Shown piece by piece: positions 11,598 through 19,820 of a stretch of DNA of 64,000 nt (its first letter is position 1; every line of letters starts with the position of its first letter). The notes below the pieces were generated by a model, which made no database searches, was not told where the DNA came from, and worked only from the letters and a program-made list of their open reading frames with translations. This DNA comes from an uncultured Verrucomicrobiae bacterium (lineage in GTDB: Bacteria; Verrucomicrobiota; Verrucomicrobiia; Limisphaerales; Palsa-1400), in contig CAVPOM010000005.1 of assembly GCA_963707025.1 (NCBI GenBank), positions 512,001 through 576,000 of the forward strand. Reading direction: 5' to 3'. The translations under genes were made by a program, and so were the position numbers.

Positions 11598-12452
11598 GTG
11601 CGGCGCCAGTGCGAGCTGCTGGCGGTGTGCCGTGGCAGTTATTATTACCAGTGCTGTCCGGAGACAGAGGAGAACCTGGCGCTGATGCGGCGGTTGGACC
11701 AGATGCATTTGGACCACCCGGTTTATGGCAGCCGCAAACTGACCGTGCTGTTGCGCCGGGAGGGTTTGACCATCAATCGCAAACGGGTGGTGCGGCTGCT
11801 GCGGTTGATGGGGATCGAGGCGATTTACGCCAAGCCCAAGACGAGTCTGCGGGAGATGGGGCACCAGATTTATCCGTATCTGTTACGCAATTTGGCAGTG
11901 ACGGGACCGGATCAGGTTTGGTGTTCGGACATTACGTATGTGCCTATGGCAACTGGGTTTATGTATTTGGTGGCGGTGATGGATTGGTGGAGTCGTTACG
12001 TGCTGGGATGGCGCTTGAGCAACACGTTGGAGGCGGACTTTTGTGTGGACGCTTGGGAGGCGGCGTTGCGGGCGGGGCGTCAGGCGCCGTTGATTTCCAA
12101 TACCGACCAGGGATCGCAGTTCACCTCCCCGATGTTTATCGATGCGGTGGAATCGGCGGGGGTGGACGTGAGCATGGACGGACGGGGTCGCTGGATGGAC
12201 AACCGGTTTATCGAGCGGCTGTGGCGGAGCGCCAAGTATGAGGACATTTATTTGCAAGACTATGGCGACGGGTTGGCGGCAGGGCGCGGACTGGGCCGGT
12301 GGTTTGACGGCTACAACCGGGAACGACCGCACCAGGCGTTGGGCTATGCGACGCCGGCGGACGCGTATTTTGATCCCGGCACGCATGGAGCCCAACCGGC
12401 CAAATGGGAAGCGATGCAACCTGCCAGAGGCAGGAGCGATCGCAGCACTTGA
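11598..12452 (+). CDS. IS3 transposase OrfB (rve DDE domain), probably fused to OrfA by -1 frameshifting
   Basis: 'VWCSDITY', 'NTDQGSQF', 'DNRFIERLWRSAKYE' DDE motifs. Confidence 0.93.
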   Translation: MRRQCELLAVCRGSYYYQCCPETEENLALMRRLDQMHLDHPVYGSRKLTVLLRREGLTINRKRVVRLLRLMGIEAIYAKPKTSLREMGHQIYPYLLRNLAVTGPDQVWCSDITYVPMATGFMYLVAVMDWWSRYVLGWRLSNTLEADFCVDAWEAALRAGRQAPLISNTDQGSQFTSPMFIDAVESAGVDVSMDGRGRWMDNRFIERLWRSAKYEDIYLQDYGDGLAAGRGLGRWFDGYNRERPHQALGYATPADAYFDPGTHGAQPAKWEAMQPARGRSDRST

Positions 12453-12689
12453 CAGAGAGGCAGGCGGCAGGAAAAGGCTTGAAATCAGACCGCCTGCGGC
12501 GGTAGAGTTGAGAACCCTAAGAAAACGGAGAGGGAGGACGGGCAGTGCTCCGCATCGCTCGTTCTCTCTTTCGAAAGGGTTTTGAAACACGGAATGAACA
12601 GTAGTCAACTACAATTAGTAATGACAGCAATCGGCAAAAGTCGCGCTTATTTCATGCGCTCCGTGGTCTAAAGGATGGGGTCCACCTCA

Positions 12690-12888
12690 ATTTGTCTGCA
12701 TCGACATTTCCATACTCTTTCTTCCGCACCAAGCCGAAAGGTGGACTCGTCATGATCAAATCCACAGAGGCCGGTCGCAATCGCGTCGCGAGCAGATCGA
12801 GCGAATCGCCGTGGTAGATTTCGCCAAGGGCTGTCGAGTGAAACAGCTTAACGGGCGGACGCTCTTTCGTTTGTGATTCTTGCGGCAT
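12690..12888 (-). pseudogene. N-terminal fragment of an N4/N6 DNA methyltransferase truncated by the IS3
   Basis: 'IYHGDSLDLL...SVDLIMTSPPFGLVRKKEYGN' (SPPF motif IV) stops at the IS right end. Confidence 0.75.
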
Positions 12889-13034
12889 GATCGGCTCAGT
12901 TACAATCCGTAAGCATTGTGCGTCACCACAGCAACTTCAATTGTAAACTTTACGTACATTTGCAGGATGAATCGCAGCGCAATTTCGCGCAACACGCCGC
13001 GTTTGAAGATTTTGAGGAAATATTCAGCGAGGCA

Positions 13035-13148
13035 ATCCGCGTTGGAATTGAAGGGCGGGTCCAAATAAACCAGGTCCACGCTGGCGTCGGGAAAAATCTC
13101 CCTGTTCCGCAGCCAATTCAGATTGTCGCCGAATAAAAGCCGGTTCAT
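13035..13148 (-). pseudogene. N-terminal fragment of an adenine DNA methyltransferase
   Basis: 'MNRLLFGDNLNWLR...FPDASVDLVYLDPPFNSNAD' (DPPF motif), then an abrupt switch to unrelated sequence. Confidence 0.75.
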
Positions 13149-13197
13149 GCGCGGCCTTTGTACCACAGGCCCCTGCCCTCTGCGAGCAGGAAAAGAA
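13141..13197. repeat. 57-bp direct repeat, copy 1 (copy 2 at 26864-26920)
   Basis: Manual ungapped alignment gives 49/57 identities; covers the MTase start codon and its upstream region. Confidence 0.75.
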
Positions 13198-13461
13198 CCT
13201 CCATTTCCGCCACGGATTCGGCCCGCGCAGCCTCCGGCTTGCTCCGCATTTCTGGCGGGAGTTGGGACACGTCATTTGCGGTGGCGACTACGCAGACGGG
13301 CGCCTTTCATTCCCGCATCCAGGAGCTGAAAGAGCCAAAGACCCGCCTTGATGTCCCGCCGTGAGTCGAGTGGGAGCCGGTTGCAGCAGAAACCACCACC
13401 GATCCGGGCGCTGGTTTAAATGTTTGCAAAAGCACTCGACCGGAGTTAAGGTAATTAAACC

Positions 13462-13881
13462 ATGACCATTACCGAGCTTCTTCGGATCGAACATGCCGCC
13501 TTTAACACCATCCTCCAAGAAATCGAGGCCGTTCTGCCCAGCACCGCCACCCTGGGCGAACTCCGGCTGCTGGTTCGCGTCATGGCAGGATTTCTGCAAG
13601 AGCACGGAGGCAAGGAAGAGGCGGTTCTTTACCCGGCCCTGGACCACATGCAAGCCCAACGCGGGCAATTGAAGGAGATGACCCAGGAACATGGCGAACT
13701 GGACCAACAAATCCGGCAGGTGGCCAAAAACCGTGATTTAAAAACTGCGCGGCAGCAGCTTGGCCAACTCATCCAGGCGGTACGCGAACACTTCGAACAC
13801 GAGGAACGCTGTCTGTTTCCGCTGGCCGAAGAAGTGCTGGAGGCCGAAAACCTGGTGGCGCTGGCCGATGCGTCAGGATGA
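13462..13881 (+). CDS. Hemerythrin/HHE cation-binding domain protein
   Basis: Motifs 'LRIEH', 'HGGKEEAVLYPAL', 'EH', 'HFEHEERCLFP'. Confidence 0.88.
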   Translation: MTITELLRIEHAAFNTILQEIEAVLPSTATLGELRLLVRVMAGFLQEHGGKEEAVLYPALDHMQAQRGQLKEMTQEHGELDQQIRQVAKNRDLKTARQQLGQLIQAVREHFEHEERCLFPLAEEVLEAENLVALADASG

Positions 13882-13987
13882 AGACCATCGAAAATCACCC
13901 GCGGAGCCGGGTTTTGGCCCGCACCCCATGGGATTTTCCGTTTTTTGCCGTGTCAACATGGATGAAAGCCTTTGTTTAGGCGGCTTT

Positions 13988-14016
13988 ATTGTCTGTCAAT
14001 ACTAATCGCTTGTCAA
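13988..14016 (-). promoter_or_regulatory. Sigma70-like promoter with no obvious downstream gene
   Basis: Minus strand TTGACA-17 bp-GACAAT. Confidence 0.4.
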
Positions 14017-14103
14017 AAGCGCATCCGGGAAATCCGGGTCAATGCCTCCCGCAAGCGGAGCGGCCAGTGCAGGCTGCCGCTGCGGCGGCCGTGACCCGGG
14101 AAT

Positions 14104-14134
14104 AAAAAAAAGGCCCGGAATTTCTTCCGGGCCT
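14104..14134 (-). terminator. Rho-independent terminator of the pilin gene
   Basis: Minus strand AGGCCCGGAA-gaaa-TTCCGGGCCT followed by a T run. Confidence 0.85.
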
Positions 14135-14174
14135 GAGCTGTCATGAACTCAACAATCTCGAGCAAGGACCTGAA

Positions 14175-14552
14175 CTAGGGCAGACTGTGCGTGGCCGGCA
14201 CGATGTTGCACACCGGTTTGACGCCAACCGCGTTGGGGCTGTAGCTGGAGTCGAAGGTCTGCGCCGAATCATTCGGGCAGGTAGGCAGTTCACCGGCGGA
14301 ACCCCGGCCCATGTAGGGCTGGATGTCGGTGTCACCGGGCGTGTCGGTGTTTTGCTTGTGGACTTCCAAGGCCCACTGGCCCTTGGCTCCGTCAATGATA
14401 CGGAGATTGCTGATGCAGGCATTCATCTGCGAAGTGGTGCGGGCGCGAACGAAGTTCGGAATCGCGATGGCAGCCAACAGGCCGATAATAGCGACGACGA
14501 TCATGATTTCCACCAGCGTGAACCCACTCTGTTTCTTATTCTGTATTTTCAT
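14175..14552 (-). CDS. Type IV pilin-like protein with prepilin N-terminal methylation motif
   Basis: 'KKQSG|FTLVEIMIVVAIIGLLAAIAIPNF'; short polar leader; Cys residues in the head. Confidence 0.92.
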   Translation of the reverse strand: MKIQNKKQSGFTLVEIMIVVAIIGLLAAIAIPNFVRARTTSQMNACISNLRIIDGAKGQWALEVHKQNTDTPGDTDIQPYMGRGSAGELPTCPNDSAQTFDSSYSPNAVGVKPVCNIVPATHSLP

Positions 14553-14690
14553 AGTTATGGACTGACCTTTCTTTTGTTTGTAACGGCGTTCGTTAAGGCC
14601 AGCAGCGGGTTATTATGATTGCGTTTGTACGATATCTGTAAGGCCGCCAGCCTGCCGTTTGTCGTGAACATTCACGACGCTCTTGCAAAA

Positions 14691-14707
14691 AGCAAAAGCG
14701 GTGCCAG
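14691..14707 (-). promoter_or_regulatory. Sigma54 (-24/-12) promoter of the pilin gene
   Basis: Minus strand CTGGCAC-cgctt-TTGCT matches TGGCAC-N5-TTGC, about 140 bp upstream of the start. Confidence 0.8.
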
Positions 14708-14823
14708 TCTCCCGGGGAAGGCAATAATGATGATTCCGCGCCTTGTCCCCCCGGCGGTTGGCCGTACCGGATGGCAAAAAGCTCCCCGCCAGATGCGCCG
14801 CCTGTCCAAAAAAACCATTCCAC

Positions 14824-14840
14824 TGTCCGCTTTTTGGACA
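14824..14840. promoter_or_regulatory. Candidate enhancer-binding-protein site (UAS)
   Basis: Palindrome TGTCC-gcttttt-GGACA about 120 bp upstream of the -24 box; a half-site TGTCC lies 21 bp away. Confidence 0.55.
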
Positions 14841-14874
14841 ATGCAGCGTCCCGCAATGCTCTGGCCGCGTTTCA

Positions 14875-15229
14875 TAAAGCGGTTTCGCAAATAGAGACCT
14901 CTGCAAAACGCCTGTAGCGGCGGTCTGTGACCATCGCCATGCCGTTATTTCCCCTGGGCTGGCGGCGGTCTGTGACCGTCGCGATGCCGTTATTTCCCCT
15001 GGGCTGGCGGCGGTCTGTGACCGTCGCCATGCCGTTATTTCCCCTGGGCTGGCGGCGGTCACAGACCGCCGCTACAATCGTGGACGCGCGTTTTGCAGAG
15101 GTCTCAAATACTGTACCCGCATTAAAAGGAAGGTTCCCGGTCCGGAATGATCGGGACCCGCCGCGGCGCGCGCGGAGTGAGCGGCCTGCCACCCTCATTA
15201 AGGGCCACACAATTTCTTAAACCGCCACA
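14875..15229. mobile_element. MITE family A (TAGAGCGGTTTC...AAACCGC ends, REP-like core), interrupted by MITE B
   Basis: Homologous to 46206-46343 and 51210-51343 once the 14894-15105 insert is removed. Confidence 0.7.
14894..15105. mobile_element. MITE family B, 212 bp, carrying three 45-bp tandem REP-like units
   Basis: Perfect 18-bp terminal inverted repeat GAGACCTCTGCAAAACGC; 5-bp direct repeat AAATA on both sides; inner GTAGCGGCGGTCTGTGACC...GGTCACAGACCGCCGCTAC. Confidence 0.8.
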
Positions 15230-15302
15230 GGGAGCACGAACAGACAAGGCTTGAACCGGGAAAGCGGCCGGTTGCCGGCGGTTGGCGGCAGGATCAACGT
15301 TG

Positions 15303-18008
15303 CTACGGCAAAAGCGCCACCCGGTAGAATTTGGGCGGGCCGGCTCCGATGGTTAGGGAAATGGTCATGGGATTGGCGGTGGCGGTGATGACGCCGCCGA
15401 GATTGATCCAGTTGGTCTGGAGCAGGTTGGTCAAGTACTGAACCTGATAGGTCGCGCCGGCCAGCGCGGTCCAGGCCAGTTGGAAGGAGCCGCCGGCCGG
15501 CGCGAGGGCGTGGAGGGCGGGCGCGGGCACAGGAAGGACGCTGACACTATCAAGGCAGAAGAAATCGTTGTCGTTGCGGTTTCCAAACTGGAGCGTGGTG
15601 AGGTTGGTGGAGGCTTTGACGGTGAAGACCAGGTTGCTCCAGGCAAAAGCGCCCATGTTGGTCTGGTTGAAAATGACATTGGTGGCAGCGGCGTTGGTGT
15701 TCCACCGCACCACGAATTGATTGGGATTGGAGGAACTTTGAGTGTCTTCCAAAGGATTTTCCAGCCAGAGGGAAAGCAGGTAAAGCTGGTTGGCCCGCGT
15801 GGGCAGGGGTTGGGACAGATAGGCCAGCGTGGTAATCTGGCCCAGGGCGGCAAGATAATCCCCCTGGTACGGTGCGTAGAATGTGTAGGTTCCGTCATCC
15901 GGGAAATTGTTGGTATAAATGGACGAGTTCCCCGAGAGGGTCCAATAGCAGAAATCGCCCGCTCCGAATCCGCCGTCCAGCACCAATTCCTGGCCCACCT
16001 GCAGGGTAAACTGGCGGAGCTGCGCCAGGCCGCTGCTCAGGTTGGTGAACCAGAGTTCGCTGGTGTAAACGCCCGCAGGAAGGAGGCCGGCCGCTGAGTT
16101 GAGGGTCACGGAGACGGAGGCGGCTCCGCCGCCCGCCGTGAGGGTGCCGCCGCTGCCCGACACATCCAGCAAGGCCGGGGCAGTGCCGAGCGACCAGTTG
16201 AAGGCGGGCTTTCCTGCGTTTGTCAAAGAAAACGACTGCGTGGAAACCGTAAAGGGACCGCCCACCGGGCCGTTGGCGACCGCGCCTCTTGCGGGGGTGA
16301 TCTGGAAACCGTCCGGCTGGGTCAGGGCGATGATCAAGCTGCCGCCCGCGGGGCTGCCCCAACCCGTGCAAAGATCATAGCCGGGCAGGGCGAGATATTC
16401 CTTGGGGTTGCTGTTGGTGTTGTTGCCCACCGTGATGTCGTCCAAAAAGGCCGTGAAACCGGAATCGGTGCCGATGTGGTAGAGGGCCGGGTTGAGGAAG
16501 CCGATGTTCGACACGCCGGCAGCCACGGCCTGTTGGTTGGCCAGCGCCGCGAAGGCCGCCCATAACGGCGCGGCGGTGCTGGTGCCGCCCGTGGTTTCCA
16601 ACTGGCCGTCGTCCGCCACAATGAAAACGTTGTCGGCCACCATGGCCACGTCCGGGCAGTTGCGTTTGGCCGTGGAACCGTTGTTGGTGGACATGTTGAC
16701 GCCCTTTTGCCAGGAAGGAATGGCGTAGCTGGCGCTGACCCCGCCGCCGCTGTCGTTGAAGCCCGGCCCTTCCCCTGCGTTCCAAACCGTCTCCGACAAC
16801 CAAGGGCCGCGCGGCCCAGCGGTGGCCAAGGCCGTTCCCCCCACCTGCGTGATATACGGATCATCATTCGGCGCCGCGATGGCTCCGGAGGTGGCGCCGC
16901 CGTCCCCGGAAGCGTTGAAGAACGACTGTCCCTGTGCGTCCATCTTCAAGAAATATTTGTCCATGTTGGTTCGCTCCGCGCTGGTCAGCGCACCAAAATT
17001 CCAGGAACAACTGAATTGTTTGATGAGTGTGTTGGTGGACATGGCATCCAGCACGTCGTTGGGCATTCCGTTCGTGCCGGCTTCAAAGACCATGACGCTC
17101 AACAGTCCCGGGGCCATGGAAATCGTCATCTCGATATCCAGGGCCACCTCGCTGTTGCCGCTCTCAGGCCCCGGGGGGGTGGGAGTGCCATCGAACCCGT
17201 CCAGCAGGACGATTTGCAGCGGAACATCCGGCACTCCGGTCTGGCTCTCGTACATCGCGATGTCGCCGGCGTAATAACCGTCGAACTCCACCAACCCGAC
17301 GCTCTGACCGGTTCCCGTCAGGGAGAGGCCCGGCACGTAGGCCGCCCGGTAATCGAAGCCGGCCAGATTGCCGTTCGGCCCCGACCCGATGGTCTTGGGC
17401 CTGGGGTTGGCGGACGCCTGCAACGGAGCGCGCCGCAGGTTTTTCGGATGCGGGCGGGCGAAATTGTTCAGGCCGCCAATGTTCAAAATCGGCACGCCCA
17501 TCTCGGCCGACGGCTCGGTATCCGGCGCAAAGAAAGTGCGGGCCTCCCAGGGATGCGCATAAGTCCGCATCGTCACCTGCAAGGCGCCTTCAATCGCCGC
17601 GACCGACGCGCTGACTTCCAGCAGCATCCGATTGGGATGACGGGCCGTGACCGCGAACCCGCTGCGGGCCGCCCAAGCCATGAGAGCCTGATAATCCTCC
17701 TCGGTGGGGCCGAAGCGGGCGTCGAAGTCTTCGGGCGTCAGGTAGCGGTGGTAGAGAGGGCTGGCGGGGTCGTAGAGTTGCTCCAGCAGATTCGTCAGCT
17801 CTGCCTGATGGTGCAAAGGCAGGCTGATGGACAGCCTGAGCCGGGTCGCACCGTCAAGGCGTCCGAGTGGCTGCAGACCGGCCGCCGCCTCCGGCAGATG
17901 GCCGGGCAGGAGCGTTCGTCGCGGCGTTTGCGCCATCATGGTGACGGTGCCCAAGGCCAAAGCGATCATGCAGCCGGTCAGGATTTCTGTTCTCCTTGTT
18001 AAATTCAT
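15303..18008 (-). CDS. Secreted S53 (sedolisin/kumamolisin) peptidase with pro-domain and C-terminal beta-rich domains
   Basis: Signal peptide; pro-kumamolisin 'YDPASPLYHRYLTPEDF'; catalytic 'EVALD', 'SGDGG', 'GGTS'; Ca site 'GYDLCTGWGSP'; ends '...KFYRVALLP'. Confidence 0.92.
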   Translation of the reverse strand: MNLTRRTEILTGCMIALALGTVTMMAQTPRRTLLPGHLPEAAAGLQPLGRLDGATRLRLSISLPLHHQAELTNLLEQLYDPASPLYHRYLTPEDFDARFGPTEEDYQALMAWAARSGFAVTARHPNRMLLEVSASVAAIEGALQVTMRTYAHPWEARTFFAPDTEPSAEMGVPILNIGGLNNFARPHPKNLRRAPLQASANPRPKTIGSGPNGNLAGFDYRAAYVPGLSLTGTGQSVGLVEFDGYYAGDIAMYESQTGVPDVPLQIVLLDGFDGTPTPPGPESGNSEVALDIEMTISMAPGLLSVMVFEAGTNGMPNDVLDAMSTNTLIKQFSCSWNFGALTSAERTNMDKYFLKMDAQGQSFFNASGDGGATSGAIAAPNDDPYITQVGGTALATAGPRGPWLSETVWNAGEGPGFNDSGGGVSASYAIPSWQKGVNMSTNNGSTAKRNCPDVAMVADNVFIVADDGQLETTGGTSTAAPLWAAFAALANQQAVAAGVSNIGFLNPALYHIGTDSGFTAFLDDITVGNNTNSNPKEYLALPGYDLCTGWGSPAGGSLIIALTQPDGFQITPARGAVANGPVGGPFTVSTQSFSLTNAGKPAFNWSLGTAPALLDVSGSGGTLTAGGGAASVSVTLNSAAGLLPAGVYTSELWFTNLSSGLAQLRQFTLQVGQELVLDGGFGAGDFCYWTLSGNSSIYTNNFPDDGTYTFYAPYQGDYLAALGQITTLAYLSQPLPTRANQLYLLSLWLENPLEDTQSSSNPNQFVVRWNTNAAATNVIFNQTNMGAFAWSNLVFTVKASTNLTTLQFGNRNDNDFFCLDSVSVLPVPAPALHALAPAGGSFQLAWTALAGATYQVQYLTNLLQTNWINLGGVITATANPMTISLTIGAGPPKFYRVALLP

Positions 18009-18169
18009 AATGCCTTTCCTTGGGTGAAGGCTCATTGCGATTCGGGGGGGACATTTCCCAGCGCCGACCGTCCCATATAACATCACTCCTCCAAGAGTAC
18101 TTTAGTCTCAACCGAGTGCAAGGCCATTTTGACTCGTGGCGGAGGGGTTCCGCCGCCATACTGTGGGAG

Positions 18170-18835
18170 GTGAACAAGCGAAATCGCATTCGGCCGGCGG
18201 TTATGGCGGCGGCCGCGTTGCTCGGAATCATTGGCGTGGCCGTGTGGGTGGCCTCTCCGCGCGAGCCGCAGTATCAGGGGAAGGCGGAGCATGTCTGGCT
18301 GGATGAAATGTATGAGTGGGATGGAGACACCAACTATCCGGCGTTTCAGGCGTTTCAAGCGATGGGAACAAAGGCGCTGCCCGAACTTCTGGCGATCGTG
18401 CAAAAAGGTCCTTCGGAACTGTCCGCACACATCAACGTATTAAATTGGATGCAGTCGTCAATAAAGATACCGGGTGGCGGCGCCTGGGAAAAAAATAGGT
18501 CTGCCTTGTGGGCATTGTACGCCATGGGCTCGAATGCGGTTCCCGTGTGGCCGGCGTTGACCAATATGCTCTTTCATCGCAAAAGCGATTTCGCCGAAAT
18601 CAGCATTCCGGCCTTGCTTGCCGCCTATCCGACAGAGGATGCGAATGGGCGAGTTTTTATCATGGTTGCTCTCGCCCAGTTTGGCCCGAACGCGCGCTCA
18701 GCGATACCAACCATGAACGCGGCGCTCAACGATCGGAATTCAGATGTGCGCCACGTAGCGGCGTTTGCCTTGAAGAAGATTGATCCGCAAAAGGCCGGTT
18801 CGGTGCAGGGGTCAAGCGCCAGCCATGCACCGTGA
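18170..18835 (+). CDS. Membrane-anchored HEAT-repeat protein
   Basis: N-terminal hydrophobic helix, then 'ALAQFGPNARSAIP...ALNDRNSDVRHVAAFALKKI'. Start placed at GTG 18170. Confidence 0.75.
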   Translation: MNKRNRIRPAVMAAAALLGIIGVAVWVASPREPQYQGKAEHVWLDEMYEWDGDTNYPAFQAFQAMGTKALPELLAIVQKGPSELSAHINVLNWMQSSIKIPGGGAWEKNRSALWALYAMGSNAVPVWPALTNMLFHRKSDFAEISIPALLAAYPTEDANGRVFIMVALAQFGPNARSAIPTMNAALNDRNSDVRHVAAFALKKIDPQKAGSVQGSSASHAP

Positions 18836-18986
18836 TGATGCTTGACCAATTTTCAATCGTTTGAATCGCGGAAATCCTGCCCAAGGCAAAGAATCGCCAA
18901 AAAAAGTGAAATGCGCCCCAGCCCTGTGTGGCAGGGCGGGCATGCGCCTTCGCCAACCCTACGGCGCGCGGCGCGAAGTGGCCGCC

Positions 18987-19820
18987 CTACTTTTCCCGGC
19001 CCGCCTCTGACATGATAATGGGCGGCTTGATGCCCGCGGCGTCGCGATTGAGGCGGATCGCGGTCGGAAGGGCGGCGGCGAAACGGCGGACGGTTCGTTG
19101 CAGGGTGCCGACCGAGGTGTAGGTGTATTGGCCGGCCGGGTAAGCCTGGATGACGACGTAATCATAAGGCTTGGGTTTGGCGGCCGCACGGGATTTGGGG
19201 AGCGCCGTCAGAAACACCAGCCCGGTGCAGACGCAGCCCGGCTCGCTGCCTTCGACCAGATTAACTTCGCGCGTGGCCTGCACGGTGCCGGGCGCCAGCC
19301 AGGACCGGCTCAGGGGCGCGCGCATCAGATTGGTGTAACCGCTCTCCACCACCAGCCCGTCGGGGAGAATCTTTAAAATCTTGCCGCATACGGTCCGGCG
19401 GCCCTGGACGCATTCCGCCCGGATTTTCTCCGTGGCCTGCTCGTAGGCGCGGGCCTGCCGGGCCGGGCTTGGGGAATCGGTTGGCGGCGCGTTTGTCTTG
19501 CCTTCAGGGCGATTGGTCAAAGCGCTCCCATCGGTTTGCGCCAAAGCCGCCGGCAGCGGGGCGGCCAGCATCGCCAGGACCGCCAGCAAACCAATCCGAA
19601 TGAAGGCTCCGCCCGACAGCAGGATGGCAGGGAGGGAAGTCCCCTGCCCGCCGTCGGGCACTGGCGAAGGAGGCAATGATGCACCGCGGTCGTGCGGCGG
19701 GTCCCGATAATTCGGGACCCGCCCTACCTTTCCCGCGCCGGCGCGCTGCGCCGACCGGATCCCGATTCCGAATCGGGACGGCGTCCCTACCATCCAAGAC
19801 TGACGCATTATCGTCTTCAT
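18987..19820 (-). CDS. Hypothetical secreted protein with a REP-derived insert in its 5' region
   Basis: ATG overlaps the upstream stop (ATGA); hydrophobic signal-like stretch 'IGLLAVLAMLAAPLPAALAQ' follows the repeat-derived segment. Confidence 0.6.
   Translation of the reverse strand: MKTIMRQSWMVGTPSRFGIGIRSAQRAGAGKVGRVPNYRDPPHDRGASLPPSPVPDGGQGTSLPAILLSGGAFIRIGLLAVLAMLAAPLPAALAQTDGSALTNRPEGKTNAPPTDSPSPARQARAYEQATEKIRAECVQGRRTVCGKILKILPDGLVVESGYTNLMRAPLSRSWLAPGTVQATREVNLVEGSEPGCVCTGLVFLTALPKSRAAAKPKPYDYVVIQAYPAGQYTYTSVGTLQRTVRRFAAALPTAIRLNRDAAGIKPPIIMSEAGREK
19626..19791. repeat. REP-like (GGTAGGG-footed) palindrome cluster
   Basis: Minus strand GGTAGGGACGCCGTCCCG..., GGTAGGGCGGGTCCCGAATTATCGGGAC and an inverted partner; shares GTCCCGAATTATCGGGAC with the MITE at 46206. 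Confidence 0.65.

Larger units (their letters stand above)
11197..12689 (+). mobile_element. IS3-family insertion sequence
   Basis: TG...CA ends with imperfect inverted repeats TGAGCTGGACCCCTATTTTTAGACCAC / TGAGGTGGACCCCATCCTTTAGACCAC; orfA plus orfB; no flanking target duplication. Confidence 0.93.

Noticed and set aside
14917..15075. Possible CRISPR array
   Set aside because: The 45-bp units are near-identical end to end with no unique spacers, there are no cas genes, and the array lies inside a MITE.
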